Assembly: GCA_963706575.1 (NCBI GenBank)
Contig: CAVPNL010000015.1
Span: 224,001 to 288,000, forward strand
DNA length: 64,000 bases
Direction: 5' to 3'
Origin: an uncultured delta proteobacterium
GTDB taxonomy: Bacteria > Desulfobacterota > Desulfobacteria > Desulfobacterales > JAHEIW01
A program made the translations under genes and the position numbers. Shown here piece after piece: positions 19,800 to 30,197 of this stretch; position 1 is the stretch's first letter; each line of letters begins with the position of its first letter. The notes under the pieces were generated by a model that did not search any database, was not told the origin of the DNA, and worked only from the letters and a program-made list of their open reading frames with translations.

Positions 19800-20786
19800 T
19801 TAGTGTGCTGCTTTGAGGGATTGCCTTCGCTGCTTTTGCTTTTTCGATTTATAGATCAATCGCGGCGTCTCGATAACAACGGTGGTGTCCGGCGGCACCG
19901 AATCGGTCAGCCATACATTGCCCCCGATGACCGAACGCGCCCCGATAACGGTTTCACCCCCCAGAATCGTCGCTCCGGAATAGATGATGACATCATCCTC
20001 AATGTTGGGATGACGCTTCTTGCCTCTGAATTCGTCACTGCCGCCTTTGGGAATGGACAAAGCGCCCAGGGTGACCCCTTGATAAATGCGGACGTTGTCG
20101 CCAATTTCGGTGGTTTCGCCGATCACCACGCCGGTTCCATGATCAATGACAAAACGTTTCCCGATTTCAGCGCCCGGGTGAATATCGATACCGGTAATGC
20201 TGTGCGCGTATTCAGTCATAATCCGGGGCAGCAGAGGCACGCCCAGGTTCACCAGAAGATGGGCAATCCGATAAACGGTAATGGCAAATATGCCCGGATA
20301 GCTGAAAATAACCTCATCATAGCTTTTGGCAGCCGGGTCACCGTCGTAAGTAGCGCGCACATCGGCCGCCAGCGATTTTCGAAGGGCCGGAATCGCTTCT
20401 AAAAACTGAAGGGACAGCCGATATCCCTGCTCATCACATTCGCTGCAAGGTTGATCATACCGTAAACAGTCATGCCGGATGCTGCGGCAGATCTGTTCGG
20501 AGAGAAGATCAAACAGGGAAGTCGCGGATTGCCCCACGGCGTATTTCAGATTCACCGGATCAACTTTACCTCGGCTGAAATACCCCGGAAATAGGATCTC
20601 TCTGAGGAGGTTAAGGATATCGATAACGCCTTCTTTGGATGGAATCGGTTCATAATCAATGTGCGTGTAGCACTCCTGATCGCGGCAGCTCTCAACAATG
20701 CCTTCGGCAATCTCTGGCAAACGGGCTTTGATCGAGCTCAGATCCTGGAAATCTATTTTGCACTTATCTTGTTTTTTTTGTTCCAC
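19800..20786 (-). CDS. cysE: Serine O-acetyltransferase
   Basis: [36 protein letters not shown] hexapeptide region; GTG start. Confidence 0.92.
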   Translation of the reverse strand: MEQKKQDKCKIDFQDLSSIKARLPEIAEGIVESCRDQECYTHIDYEPIPSKEGVIDILNLLREILFPGYFSRGKVDPVNLKYAVGQSATSLFDLLSEQICRSIRHDCLRYDQPCSECDEQGYRLSLQFLEAIPALRKSLAADVRATYDGDPAAKSYDEVIFSYPGIFAITVYRIAHLLVNLGVPLLPRIMTEYAHSITGIDIHPGAEIGKRFVIDHGTGVVIGETTEIGDNVRIYQGVTLGALSIPKGGSDEFRGKKRHPNIEDDVIIYSGATILGGETVIGARSVIGGNVWLTDSVPPDTTVVIETPRLIYKSKKQKQRRQSLKAAH

Positions 20787-20935
20787 CTTTGGCTGACCTC
20801 TTAGTTTGGTAAATGATTAAATTTAAAATAGGTTCAAGATGTTAACAAAAAAGCAAAACGGTTTTGTCCGCTCTGCTTTTTATTGTTAAATCGCTTTGCA
20901 AAAATAGGGCAAAGGCAATAAACACCGGACCGGAT

Positions 20936-21226
20936 TTAAAACTGTAAGACAGCCGCCATGGCATCTTCATATTTTTTCTTCATCTCGGTCTGGGATGCAT
21001 CGATTTCTTGTTTCTGGGGGCCGAATTCCGCAGGGCACTCGGTCTGCAGTGTATTAACAATGCGTTCGATGTCTTCAATATGTTTATGCAAATCGTCGAC
21101 CTGGGCGGAAAGTTTGTCCTTATCGGCGCCTCGAAGCTTATCGACTTTACGGACCATGTTATACATTTTCGACTTCCAGCCGTTAAGCTCTACCTCGATG
21201 GAATGACAATAATCTTTTACATCCAT
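20936..21226 (-). CDS. Hypothetical helical protein
   Basis: AGGAGG SD before ATG; 96-aa coiled-coil-like ORF. Confidence 0.75.
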   Translation of the reverse strand: MDVKDYCHSIEVELNGWKSKMYNMVRKVDKLRGADKDKLSAQVDDLHKHIEDIERIVNTLQTECPAEFGPQKQEIDASQTEMKKKYEDAMAAVLQF

Positions 21227-21505
21227 AATTGCCTCCTTTCAGACACTCGGCAAGGTTCATCTCATTTACATAATATATTAATAATAAACCCGATCCCTGT
21301 CATGTCAACAAAGGGATTTAAACTACCCGATCGCCATCCGGGATTTGAGTTTGATGGGTTTTAGATGGTAAAAAAGTATGCTGCCGCATCGTATATTTTC
21401 TGCCCGAAAAAATTTTATTTTTTGCTTGACAGGGGAGTAATTTGCCGCTAATTCATACTAATCTTATATAGATTGTTTAACTCTGAAACCTGGGGGCAGT
21501 GATAA

Positions 21506-21925
21506 ATGAAACTATCCACACGAAGCCGTTACGGAACCAGAATACTGGTGGATCTGGCTCGTAATAAAGACAAGGGGCCGATCCAAATCGGCGAAATATC
21601 AAAGCGCCAGGATATTTCGGTCAAGTACCTCGAACAGCTCATCCGGCCCCTGAAAAAAGCGAAACTGGTGACCAGCGTACGTGGACCCAAGGGCGGGCAC
21701 CTGCTGGCGGAAAAGCCGGAAAATATTTCCCTGGGGCAGATTGTGCGTTTATTCGAGGGGCAATCTGATCTGGTTGAATGCGTCAGTTATCCCGAAAAAT
21801 GCCCCATGTCCGATGATTGCCAGGTTCGCCTGGCCTGGCGCGATGCCACCGAGGTCTTATATGAAAAACTGGATTCTACGACCATCTCTGATCTGATGAA
21901 TGAAAATTGCGCTGGAGAAGATTAA
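21506..21925 (+). CDS. Rrf2-family transcription regulator (three Cys)
   Basis: MKLSTRSRYG, ISVKYLEQL, SVRGPKGG, C-x6-C-x5-C. Confidence 0.92.
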   Translation: MKLSTRSRYGTRILVDLARNKDKGPIQIGEISKRQDISVKYLEQLIRPLKKAKLVTSVRGPKGGHLLAEKPENISLGQIVRLFEGQSDLVECVSYPEKCPMSDDCQVRLAWRDATEVLYEKLDSTTISDLMNENCAGED

Positions 21926-22100
21926 GACCCTTGAACCGCGGATTCTTATCAGTGATTGAGCATTGCAATCATCTGTCCGGTGAATCTTTCAATTAATGCC
22001 GTATGCTGCTCGAGCATATTTAAATCAGCGAAAATAAGAAGTGTTCCAACATTTCAACATTCCAATTGGGGCGAAGCCCCTAACTTAACAGGAGGATGCC

Positions 22101-23342
22101 ATGAAAAAAATTGTCATTTTAGGATCAGGGGCCGGTGGAACGATGGTGGCCAGCCAATTGCACAGAAAATTAAACCCCAAAGAGTGGCAGATTACCATCA
22201 TCGACAATGATGAAGTCCACCATTACCAGCCGGGTTGGCTGTTTATTCCATTCGGTGTCTATTCCGCAGCAGATTGCCAAAAACCCAAGCGGGAGTTTAT
22301 CCCCGAGGGCGTTAATTTCGTGCTGGATGAGATCGTCGGACTCGACACGGATAAACGCGAGGTCAAAGCAAAAAAAGGGTCATACAATTATGATTGGCTC
22401 GTTATCGCCACCGGCTGCGGCATTGAGCCTGAAGAAGTCGAAGGCATGATGGATGACTGGCATAAAAATGTTCATGATTTTTACACCCTGGACGGCGCAC
22501 TGGCCCTGTACGAAAAGATGAAATACTTCGACAAGGGCCGGGTGGTGCTCAACATCGCCGAATTGCCGTACAAGTGCCCGGTGGCCCCAATTGAGTTTGT
22601 CTTTATGGCTGACTGGTTCTTTGAGACCAAAGGTGCCCGCGATAACGTGGAAGTTGAACTGGTCACACCCATGGCCGGTGCATTTTCAAAGCCGATTGCC
22701 TCCAGCATCCTGGGCGACATTGCGATACAAAAGAACATTAAAGTCACCCCGAATTTTGATATCGCCCAGGTCAATGCAGATGAAAAAACGATTGAATCGC
22801 ATAAGGGCGAAAAGGTGGACTATGATTTACTGGTGTCGATTCCGCCCAATTTTGGCGCCAAATTCCTGGAAGGCACCGGTCTCGAGGATCCGCTGCGATT
22901 CGTTGAAACAGATCATTTTACCCTCAAAGCCAAAAATGCCGACCATATTTTTGTTGTCGGTGATGCCACCAACGTACCGGCTTCCAAGGCCGGCGCAGTA
23001 GCCCACTATGAATCCGAAACCGTTGTCGAAAATTTAATACGTGAAATCGACGGTCAGGAACCGCACGGGACCTTTGACGGGCATGCGACCTGCTTTATCT
23101 GCTCAGGTCATGAAAAAGCGTTCTTAATTGATTTTAACTACGAATATGAGCCGCTGCCCGGTAAATTCCCCTTTCCGGGCCTGGGTCCCTTCAGCCTGCT
23201 GGGCGACAGCTATATGAATTACTGGGGCAAAATGATGTTCAAGTGGGTTTACTTTAACATGATGCTCAAGGGTGTGGAATTGCCCCTGGAACAACAAATG
23301 ACGATGGCCGGCAAAATGCGCCACGTCCTGACTCAAGCATAA
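22101..23342 (+). CDS. sqr: Sulfide:quinone oxidoreductase-like flavoprotein
   Basis: GSGAGG, HYQPGWLF, YKCPVAPIEF, GDATN..SKAG, FDGHATCFI; GGAGG SD. Confidence 0.8.
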   Translation: MKKIVILGSGAGGTMVASQLHRKLNPKEWQITIIDNDEVHHYQPGWLFIPFGVYSAADCQKPKREFIPEGVNFVLDEIVGLDTDKREVKAKKGSYNYDWLVIATGCGIEPEEVEGMMDDWHKNVHDFYTLDGALALYEKMKYFDKGRVVLNIAELPYKCPVAPIEFVFMADWFFETKGARDNVEVELVTPMAGAFSKPIASSILGDIAIQKNIKVTPNFDIAQVNADEKTIESHKGEKVDYDLLVSIPPNFGAKFLEGTGLEDPLRFVETDHFTLKAKNADHIFVVGDATNVPASKAGAVAHYESETVVENLIREIDGQEPHGTFDGHATCFICSGHEKAFLIDFNYEYEPLPGKFPFPGLGPFSLLGDSYMNYWGKMMFKWVYFNMMLKGVELPLEQQMTMAGKMRHVLTQA

Positions 23343-23352
23343 GGAGGCCGCC

Positions 23353-24045
23353 ATGACTACCGAAGAACAAATTCTCGAGCGACTCGATCGCATCGAGGCT
23401 CAGCTGGCTCCGGTGTCTGCCTCGGCCAGGGGCCTCAATGAACTCAGAGAAGATTTAATTCCCTTGAGCGGTCAGGCATTTCGACTGCTGATCCGGGAGC
23501 TGGAAGATGTGGAGTCCGGCTTTCAGCTGGAGGACCTGCTGGGGCTGATGAAGCGCTCTTTACGCAGCGTAAAGCACCTGCAGTTCTGCCTTGAACAGCT
23601 GGAAAACATTGTGGACTTTGTGCTCACCATTGAGCCCCTGCTCAAGTCGTCGGTGCCGCAACTCATCAACTATCTGGATGACCTCGAGCAAAAAGGGGTC
23701 CTGCGAATTATTCAATCGACCCTGGATGTGCGTGCCAAGGTTGCCGCATCTTACAGTCCTGAAGATGTCGATCAAATCGGTGACGGCCTGGTCGCGCTGC
23801 TGGGACTGGCCCAAAAACTTAGCAATCCACAGGCCCAGGCCTTTTTGGGAAAAATGGCCGCATTGCCCTCAATGGTCGATCTGGATAAAGCCAAACCAAT
23901 CGGGCCTTTCGGCATGCTGGGGGCTTTAGGCAGCAAAGAGGCCCGACAGGGGCTGGGCGTGCTGATGGAATTGACCAAGGCCATGGGCGGCCTGAAAAAC
24001 GGCAACGGCAGCCCAACAGCTGAAGTGCCAGAACCGATCGCTTAA
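23353..24045 (+). CDS. DUF1641-family protein
   Basis: C-terminal PIGPFGMLGALGSKEARQGLGVLMELTKAMG, directly downstream of the SQR-like gene (known pairing). Confidence 0.75.
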   Translation: MTTEEQILERLDRIEAQLAPVSASARGLNELREDLIPLSGQAFRLLIRELEDVESGFQLEDLLGLMKRSLRSVKHLQFCLEQLENIVDFVLTIEPLLKSSVPQLINYLDDLEQKGVLRIIQSTLDVRAKVAASYSPEDVDQIGDGLVALLGLAQKLSNPQAQAFLGKMAALPSMVDLDKAKPIGPFGMLGALGSKEARQGLGVLMELTKAMGGLKNGNGSPTAEVPEPIA

Positions 24046-24239
24046 ACACAAAGGTCGGCAGGGTGCCGCTTACCATTTTCCATTACCATTTACCATCTTG
24101 AGTACGGCACCCCGCTGATTTCACAAAAAATGCCTGCAGAGGACTGCGGGCTATTGCGGGCTAATGCCTTATCCAATAGAGCTGGTATAAAAAGCATAAA
24201 AAGAATTGGCTTAGAGCCTAGATTTGCTGGAGAAAGAAA

Positions 24240-24683
24240 ATGGAAAAACAGATGGTTCAATGTGAGGATGGGCGCCGCAGGCAGGCGCGTATTCACGGTG
24301 TTCCTAAAGAAGAAGGCGGTTTCAGGGTTTGGCAGGCCGGTGTTCGGTTAAAAGGCAAACATGTTTCCGGAGAGGCCTGGTACAGCTTTCAAACCAAAAC
24401 CTGGTATTTTATCATCGATCCGGAAGGTAAGCACAGCCACCTGATGGACCGGATCAACGATACCATCCGGGGCGAAAAGATCGGTAAGTTGAAGGACCAG
24501 CTAAAACAGCTGGAATCGCGGCAGCTCATTGAACAAAAGAAGATTGCCCAACATCAAGAAGCCCTGGAAGAAATCGAAAGCGAGATTGTAACGCTCAAAA
24601 AAGACCTCGCCAAAACCGAAAAAGGGATGCCTCTGGAATCCGGTACGTCGCTGCAATATTCCGCGGGGATTAAAAGAAACTAG
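24240..24683 (+). CDS. Hypothetical protein (beta-rich N-terminus, coiled-coil C-terminus)
   Basis: GGAG SD, 147-aa ORF; its TAG stop is the first three bases of the MITE. Confidence 0.7.
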   Translation: MEKQMVQCEDGRRRQARIHGVPKEEGGFRVWQAGVRLKGKHVSGEAWYSFQTKTWYFIIDPEGKHSHLMDRINDTIRGEKIGKLKDQLKQLESRQLIEQKKIAQHQEALEEIESEIVTLKKDLAKTEKGMPLESGTSLQYSAGIKRN

Positions 24684-24923
24684 AACCCATCTCAAAAATA
24701 GGATTTTGGTTCAAGATCGCGGCGGGGCCGAGCTTTTCCAGGATAATTGGATTCCGCATCGATTTTATTATATTAAGGGGCGTCGCCCGCGTTGCTGGAC
24801 TTCCCGCCTGATTAAATCCTCTTTGTGGGTCGTAAACCGGAGGCATACTGTTGTATGTTGAGGATTTAAAGCGAGGCACCAACAAAGATATTGGGCCAAA
24901 AGACATTTTTGAGATGGGTTCTA
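24681..24923. mobile_element. MITE-like element, 243 bp
   Basis: Perfect 19-bp terminal IR TAGAACCCATCTCAAAAAT / ATTTTTGAGATGGGTTCTA; no transposase; subterminal motifs shared with 4571-4714. Confidence 0.75.
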
Positions 24924-24975
24924 ATAACCGCGCTGAGCGTCAGGGCATTGTGCGGATTGATCCCGTTAATAAGGG

Positions 24976-25323
24976 TTACCCCGGTTGATTCGCCAGGCCG
25001 GCGGCAACGGCCTTACCGGCAAGATCATAAGCTGAATGCGACCACATCAAAAGCGGTATCCCTTCTTCATTAGCTCGATCAATGGTCTCCTGATCGGGTG
25101 TCTGCCCCCCGGTGAGGATAATCGCGGCCATTTCATGCAATATGGCCACATTGACAATATTCTGGTGAGTTTGCACCGTAAGCCAGATGCAGCCCGTCGG
25201 CGCATTGGCCATTACGTCACTTAAAAGATCACCGCAATACCCACCTTGAATCTGCCGATCAAGCGCATTTTGCCCAGCGGCCACGTGTAAGTTAAAACGG
25301 TCTACAAATTCTTTGACATTCAC
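24976..25323 (-). CDS. DRTGG-domain protein
   Basis: GGYCGDLLSDVM, IWLTVQTHQNIV, AAIILTGG; GTG start. Confidence 0.85.
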   Translation of the reverse strand: MNVKEFVDRFNLHVAAGQNALDRQIQGGYCGDLLSDVMANAPTGCIWLTVQTHQNIVNVAILHEMAAIILTGGQTPDQETIDRANEEGIPLLMWSHSAYDLAGKAVAAGLANQPG

Positions 25324-25532
25324 GGCTGAATCACCCTTTCTTTTTCAAATTTTGAAACGCTCACAATAGGTAAAATATAGTTTAGCATAATTCAAGATCT
25401 TTTTGGCGCACCGAATTGAATGCAATTGATTTGTAAGGCCCTTTTCGTTATAGTGAAAACGCAATCTTGCTAAACACATTTTTGAAAATGACCCGGGATT
25501 ACTGTATTTTTTTCCTCTAATTGAATCTGACC

Positions 25533-26624
25533 ATGGTCAAAAAAAAGAACCGCCCTGAAAATGAATCTTCATCAGCACCTACTGCTATTCCAGGCCTGAA
25601 TCTCAATCATTTGGTCGACCATCTCCCCTGCTACGTTTCCATTCAAAACCGCGACCTTCAAATCCTTTTTGTTAATGAAAATTTTAAAAGGGACTTTGGC
25701 GACGGCGTCGGCAAAAAATGCCATACCGTTTATAAGTGCTCCACGGACATATGCCCCAATTGTCCGGTACAAAAAACCTTTGAGGATCGGCGCCTTCATA
25801 TTGCCGAGGAAACCGTACAGATGGCAAATGGCAAAATCTGTCAAATTCTCATTCAAACCTCCCCTATTTTCAATAATAATGGCGACGTCACGGCCGTCAT
25901 TGAAATGGCAACCAACATCACCCAGGTAAAAATAGATCAAAAAGAGTTGGTCACCCTGGGCCAATCCATTGCCCTGTTATCACACGGCTTAAAAAACATA
26001 TTGGAGGGGCTGCAAGGCGGTGTCTATGTCGTTGATGAAGCGTTCAAAGATGGCGATATGGCACTGGCCAGAAAGGGCTGGCAAATTGTCAGCAAAAATA
26101 TTTATGGAGTTGCCGATTTTGTTAAAAATATTTTATATTCTTCTAAAAACCGGCCACTTAAATACGATCTGGCATCACCCGGCCAAATGGCCAAAGATTC
26201 ATTGGTATTATTTAAGGAAAGAGCTGCCGGAATGCATATCCGGCTGAGACATCAAATCAATCCCTATATACCGAATGTTCATTTGGATGTCGCCAGCATT
26301 GGCATGATGTTAAATAACCTGATCTGGAACGCGCTGGAAGCCTGCCTGAATGACAAGCAAAACAAAAATCATTTTGTCAGTGTCAAAACAGATTTTTTTG
26401 ACGATGATCATTTTATGTTTGAGATCACGGATAATGGCAGCGGAATGGATGAAAGGACCCAGCGCAACATCTATGAGGAATTTTTTTCAACCAAAGGCAG
26501 TGCGGGCACCGGCCTCGGCCTGGCGGTGGTGGAAAAAGTTGTCAATAAACACGGGGGCAGAATCGAGATGGCCTCAACACCGGGAAAGGGCACAAAATTC
26601 AAAGTAATTCTTAAGATAAAATAA
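25533..26624 (+). CDS. PAS-domain sensor histidine kinase (cytoplasmic)
   Basis: PAS with C..C..CP motif; H-box [33 protein letters not shown]. Confidence 0.92.
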   Translation: MVKKKNRPENESSSAPTAIPGLNLNHLVDHLPCYVSIQNRDLQILFVNENFKRDFGDGVGKKCHTVYKCSTDICPNCPVQKTFEDRRLHIAEETVQMANGKICQILIQTSPIFNNNGDVTAVIEMATNITQVKIDQKELVTLGQSIALLSHGLKNILEGLQGGVYVVDEAFKDGDMALARKGWQIVSKNIYGVADFVKNILYSSKNRPLKYDLASPGQMAKDSLVLFKERAAGMHIRLRHQINPYIPNVHLDVASIGMMLNNLIWNALEACLNDKQNKNHFVSVKTDFFDDDHFMFEITDNGSGMDERTQRNIYEEFFSTKGSAGTGLGLAVVEKVVNKHGGRIEMASTPGKGTKFKVILKIK

Positions 26625-26761
26625 CAGACGTGCAATCCATATATTCACTTGACGAAATGTTACAATTAATAATATCTATCATAGCGGTTAACTAGGGTAT
26701 AGCTTCAATCGGATCCGAGCCCCAAACATCATCATCATTATTATTTCAAAAGGAGAAACCC

Positions 26762-27238
26762 ATGGCAAAAAACCTCAAAATCGTTATGATCGATGACAAC
26801 ACCGATTTCCTTTTTACGATGGAAACCTTTCTTCAAAGAAATGGTTTTGAGGTGCAAACGGCTGAAGACGGTCAAAAAGGACTTGAGTTAATCAAAAAAG
26901 AGCGCCCCGACCTGATTCTACTCGACATCATGATGGAAACCCTGTTCTCTGGATTTGAAGTTTGCAAGCAGGTTCGGTCCGATGAAGACCTGAAGGATAT
27001 TCCCATCATCGGTATCTCCGCCATGGGTGATGAACTGGACATTAACTACAGCCAGTGGCCGGATTATGAATATTTCCGACCGGACACCTTTATGGAAAAA
27101 CCGGTCGACAAACAGCGGCTGCTGCAGCTGATTCCGGAAGTGATCCAGAAAGCACAGAAGCGCAAACGCAGTCCCAAGTGGAAAAAAGAAATGGAAAAAG
27201 ATTGGGCCCAAAAGGCATCTCAAAAAAAGCGGTCCTGA
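26762..27238 (+). CDS. Single-domain response regulator
   Basis: IDDN, PDLILLDIMM, SA, EKP receiver motifs; AGGAG SD. Confidence 0.92.
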   Translation: MAKNLKIVMIDDNTDFLFTMETFLQRNGFEVQTAEDGQKGLELIKKERPDLILLDIMMETLFSGFEVCKQVRSDEDLKDIPIIGISAMGDELDINYSQWPDYEYFRPDTFMEKPVDKQRLLQLIPEVIQKAQKRKRSPKWKKEMEKDWAQKASQKKRS

Positions 27239-27412
27239 TCTCCCGGAAGGCAATAAGGCCCATTTCTGAATTTTTTTACTTTTTTTAAAAATAGCCATTT
27301 AGCAAAACTTATTTAATTTCACGGCTTAGCATATCATTCTGAACCTCCGGCTCACGCAAAATCTTGACTAAATCTTTCGAGTCTTAAAAAATCATAAGGA
27401 TATCGCCGGATA

Positions 27413-29149
27413 ATGTTCGATTATCTCTTCTACACCTCTCTTGTCATTTTCCTCCTGGGTTTGATCTATAAGGTTTCAACCTGGTTTACCAAGAAGATCG
27501 GTATTTTAGGAAAAGACATCACGACGGCGCAACGATTGCAGTCGGCTGTCAAGGGCATTGCCGGTGTCATTTTCACCTCAAAGATCCTGACCCTCCTTAA
27601 AGCCGTTGTGCTGGATGTTCTATTGCAACGCCGGGTTTTAAAAGAAAGCGTTACCCGCTGGCTGGCACACATGTTGATATTTTACGGTTTCATGCTGCTG
27701 CTGCTCATGCATGCCCTGGAATCCGTGGTATCGGAAGCAATATTCAGCGAATATTATTCCACCATAAATCCATTTTTCTTTCTTAGGGATTTTTTCGGCG
27801 CCATGGTGCTCGTCGGTGTGATCCTGGCGGCGGTTCGCCGTTACTTTGCAAAACCCCGCCGGCTTCGAACCGGCGGCATGGATCATTATGCCATCATGAT
27901 CGTGGCAGTGGTTATGCTGTCCGGAATCGCCCTGGAAGGCCTTAAGATCACATCGCACTCTGAATTTATGCGGATGGTCGAAGACTATGCCGGCCTGGAT
28001 GATGAAGATGAAATTGAAGCCCTCGAGACGCTCTGGGTAAAACAATACGGCACCGTCTCGCCCAAGATCGAAGCACCTTTTGACGAAGAACTGTTAGAAG
28101 CCGGCCGTGAAGTCCACGAGAGCAACTGCATGGATTGCCACGCGCCTGCACGCTGGGCGTTTAACGGCTTTGCCGCGGCCAAACTCATCAAACCGCTGGC
28201 CTTGTGGCTGGACGAAAAAGACGGTGTTACCCTCTTATGGTATATTCATATCATCGCCTGCTTTATCGGGCTGGCTTATCTGCCCTTCAGCAAAATGTTT
28301 CACCTGTTTACCACCCCCTTAAGCCTGATTGCCAACCGGGTCATGGACCCGGCCCGATCCTTGTCGGCCAACATCCTCACCCGCCAGGTGATGGAACTGG
28401 ACGCCTGCACCCACTGCGGAAGCTGCAGCCTGAATTGTTCTGCGGCCATGGTGTTTGAGGCCATCGGCAACGAATACATTCTGCCGTCAGAAAAAATGAC
28501 CCTCCTCAAGAAGGTGGCATCCGGCAAAAAACTGGATGATGAACAGATGCGGGCCATCCAGCAAGGTGTTTATCTGTGCACCAATTGCGACCGCTGCACC
28601 GTGCGCTGTCCCTCCGGCATCCGCTTGAAGGAATTGTGGTACAGTGTCCGCGAGGCGCTTTTGGAAAGCGGGCCGCCGCTGCCGCATGTTTTAAGCCCCT
28701 TTTCTTTCGCCCGGGGATTAATCATTCAGGAGGGACTCTCGGCTGATATATATACCCGGCCGATTGAAAAGGCCAGGCAGGCGGTCGGTGGACGGTTTGC
28801 CGATTTGATGAATCCGGACACCCCCATTCCGCTAATTGCGGAGGACAACGCCGAACCTCAAACGGCCATTAAGGCTAACACCTATACCCATTGCTTCAGC
28901 TGTCAGAGCTGCACAACGGTCTGTCCGGTGGTCGCTAACTATGATGACCCCGAGCAAGTGCTCGGATTGCTGCCCCATCAAATCATGTGCAGCCTGGGTC
29001 TGGGATTAACCGAGATGGCCTGCGGCGCCGGTATGATATGGGATTGCCTGACCTGTTACAAATGCCAGGAAAACTGCCCGCAGCAGGTCGAGGTATGTGA
29101 CCTTTTATATCGTTTGAAAAATACGGCGGTAGCATCGATCGAGCCCTAA
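27413..29149 (+). CDS. NarI/HmeC-like membrane heme-b anchor with CxxCH loop, fused to two HdrC-like 2x[4Fe-4S] domains
   Basis: RWLAHMLIFYGF..LMH, WYIH..LPFSKMFH; CMDCH at 28127-28141; CTHCGSCSLNC, CTNCDRCTVRCP, CFSCQSCTTVCP, CLTCYKCQENCP. Confidence 0.85.
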   Translation: MFDYLFYTSLVIFLLGLIYKVSTWFTKKIGILGKDITTAQRLQSAVKGIAGVIFTSKILTLLKAVVLDVLLQRRVLKESVTRWLAHMLIFYGFMLLLLMHALESVVSEAIFSEYYSTINPFFFLRDFFGAMVLVGVILAAVRRYFAKPRRLRTGGMDHYAIMIVAVVMLSGIALEGLKITSHSEFMRMVEDYAGLDDEDEIEALETLWVKQYGTVSPKIEAPFDEELLEAGREVHESNCMDCHAPARWAFNGFAAAKLIKPLALWLDEKDGVTLLWYIHIIACFIGLAYLPFSKMFHLFTTPLSLIANRVMDPARSLSANILTRQVMELDACTHCGSCSLNCSAAMVFEAIGNEYILPSEKMTLLKKVASGKKLDDEQMRAIQQGVYLCTNCDRCTVRCPSGIRLKELWYSVREALLESGPPLPHVLSPFSFARGLIIQEGLSADIYTRPIEKARQAVGGRFADLMNPDTPIPLIAEDNAEPQTAIKANTYTHCFSCQSCTTVCPVVANYDDPEQVLGLLPHQIMCSLGLGLTEMACGAGMIWDCLTCYKCQENCPQQVEVCDLLYRLKNTAVASIEP

Positions 29150-29192
29150 GGCTCAATCGATGGTTATTCGTTAATGGAGCCTTCTAATGTTA

Positions 29193-29270
29193 CTCACGCA
29201 AAGGCGCTAAGCCGCTAAGAAAGATAATTTAATCACAAAAAACCTTGGCGACTTTGCGTCTTTGCGTGAG
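29193..29270. repeat. Inverted array of 8-mer repeats (CGCAAAG / CTTTGCG)
   Basis: CTCACGCAAAGGCGCTAAGCCGCTAAG...CTTGGCGACTTTGCGTCTTTGCGTGAG. Confidence 0.75.
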
Positions 29271-29319
29271 GCATAAAGCTTTAGTTCAATTTAGGCACTT
29301 TTCCAATAGGAAAAACCAT

Positions 29320-30195
29320 ATGAAATTTGCATTATTCCATGGCTGCAACATCCCATCGCGTGTCGAGCAGTACGCCGATGCCACCGTGGCGGTGTGCGCC
29401 CGGCTGGGTATCGCGCCGGTTGAGATGGACACTTTCAACTGCTGCGGATATCCGGTCCGCAATGCGGATCATCGCGCCTATATCCTCTCGGCTGCTAAAA
29501 ATTTAGCCCTGGCCGAACGAGCCGGCCTGGATATGCTGGTGATGTGCAAGTGCTGTTACGGCAGCTTAAAAAAAGCAGCTTATTTTTTGGACCAGGATCC
29601 GGACTTAAAAGCGGACATCAACCGTATCCTGGCAAAAGAAAATCTGGAATATAAAAACACCATCCAGGTCAAGCATTTGCTTTCGGTTTTGTATCATGAT
29701 GTGGGCCTTGAGCGTCTAAAGGAAACAATTTCAAAAACCTACAGCGGCCTGCAGATCGCGGTCAGCTATGGGTGCCATGCCTTGCGCCCGAGCACAGTGA
29801 CGGAGTTTGATGATCCGGTTTCACCGAAAATCTTTGATGAACTGGTGGAGGCCACCGGCGCGTTCAGTGTGGAGTGGGCCCGCAAACTGGATTGCTGCGG
29901 CGCTCCCCTGACCGGTATCAACGATCAGCTGGCCATGGAAATGGCCCAAAAGAAAATTGACAGCGCCCGGGAAGCCGGCGCACAATTTATCTGCACCGCC
30001 TGCCCTTACACCCAGCTTCAGTTCGACGGGGTGCAAATGCGCATGGCCGCTCAATCCAATAACGGCGAGCCGTTGGCGCCCATTTTGTATCCGCAGCTGC
30101 TGGGTTTGTGCATGGGCCTTGATGAAAAAACCCTGGGCATTTCTAAAAGTGAAATTGATCTGTCCAATATTACATCATTCTTAATGACGGAGTAA
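29320..30195 (+). CDS. hdrB: Heterodisulfide reductase subunit B-like (CCG domains)
   Basis: FHGC..NCCGYP..CKCC; YGCH.LRP..DCCG..TACPY.QLQFD; start at ATG 29320 after AGGA. Confidence 0.88.
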   Translation: MKFALFHGCNIPSRVEQYADATVAVCARLGIAPVEMDTFNCCGYPVRNADHRAYILSAAKNLALAERAGLDMLVMCKCCYGSLKKAAYFLDQDPDLKADINRILAKENLEYKNTIQVKHLLSVLYHDVGLERLKETISKTYSGLQIAVSYGCHALRPSTVTEFDDPVSPKIFDELVEATGAFSVEWARKLDCCGAPLTGINDQLAMEMAQKKIDSAREAGAQFICTACPYTQLQFDGVQMRMAAQSNNGEPLAPILYPQLLGLCMGLDEKTLGISKSEIDLSNITSFLMTE

Positions 30196-30197
30196 TT

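Noticed and set aside
24059..24112. Hairpin GGGTGCCG/CGGCACCC with a TACCAT-repeat loop as a riboswitch
   Set aside because: No aptamer motif recognised; more likely a 3' stability or terminator hairpin after DUF1641
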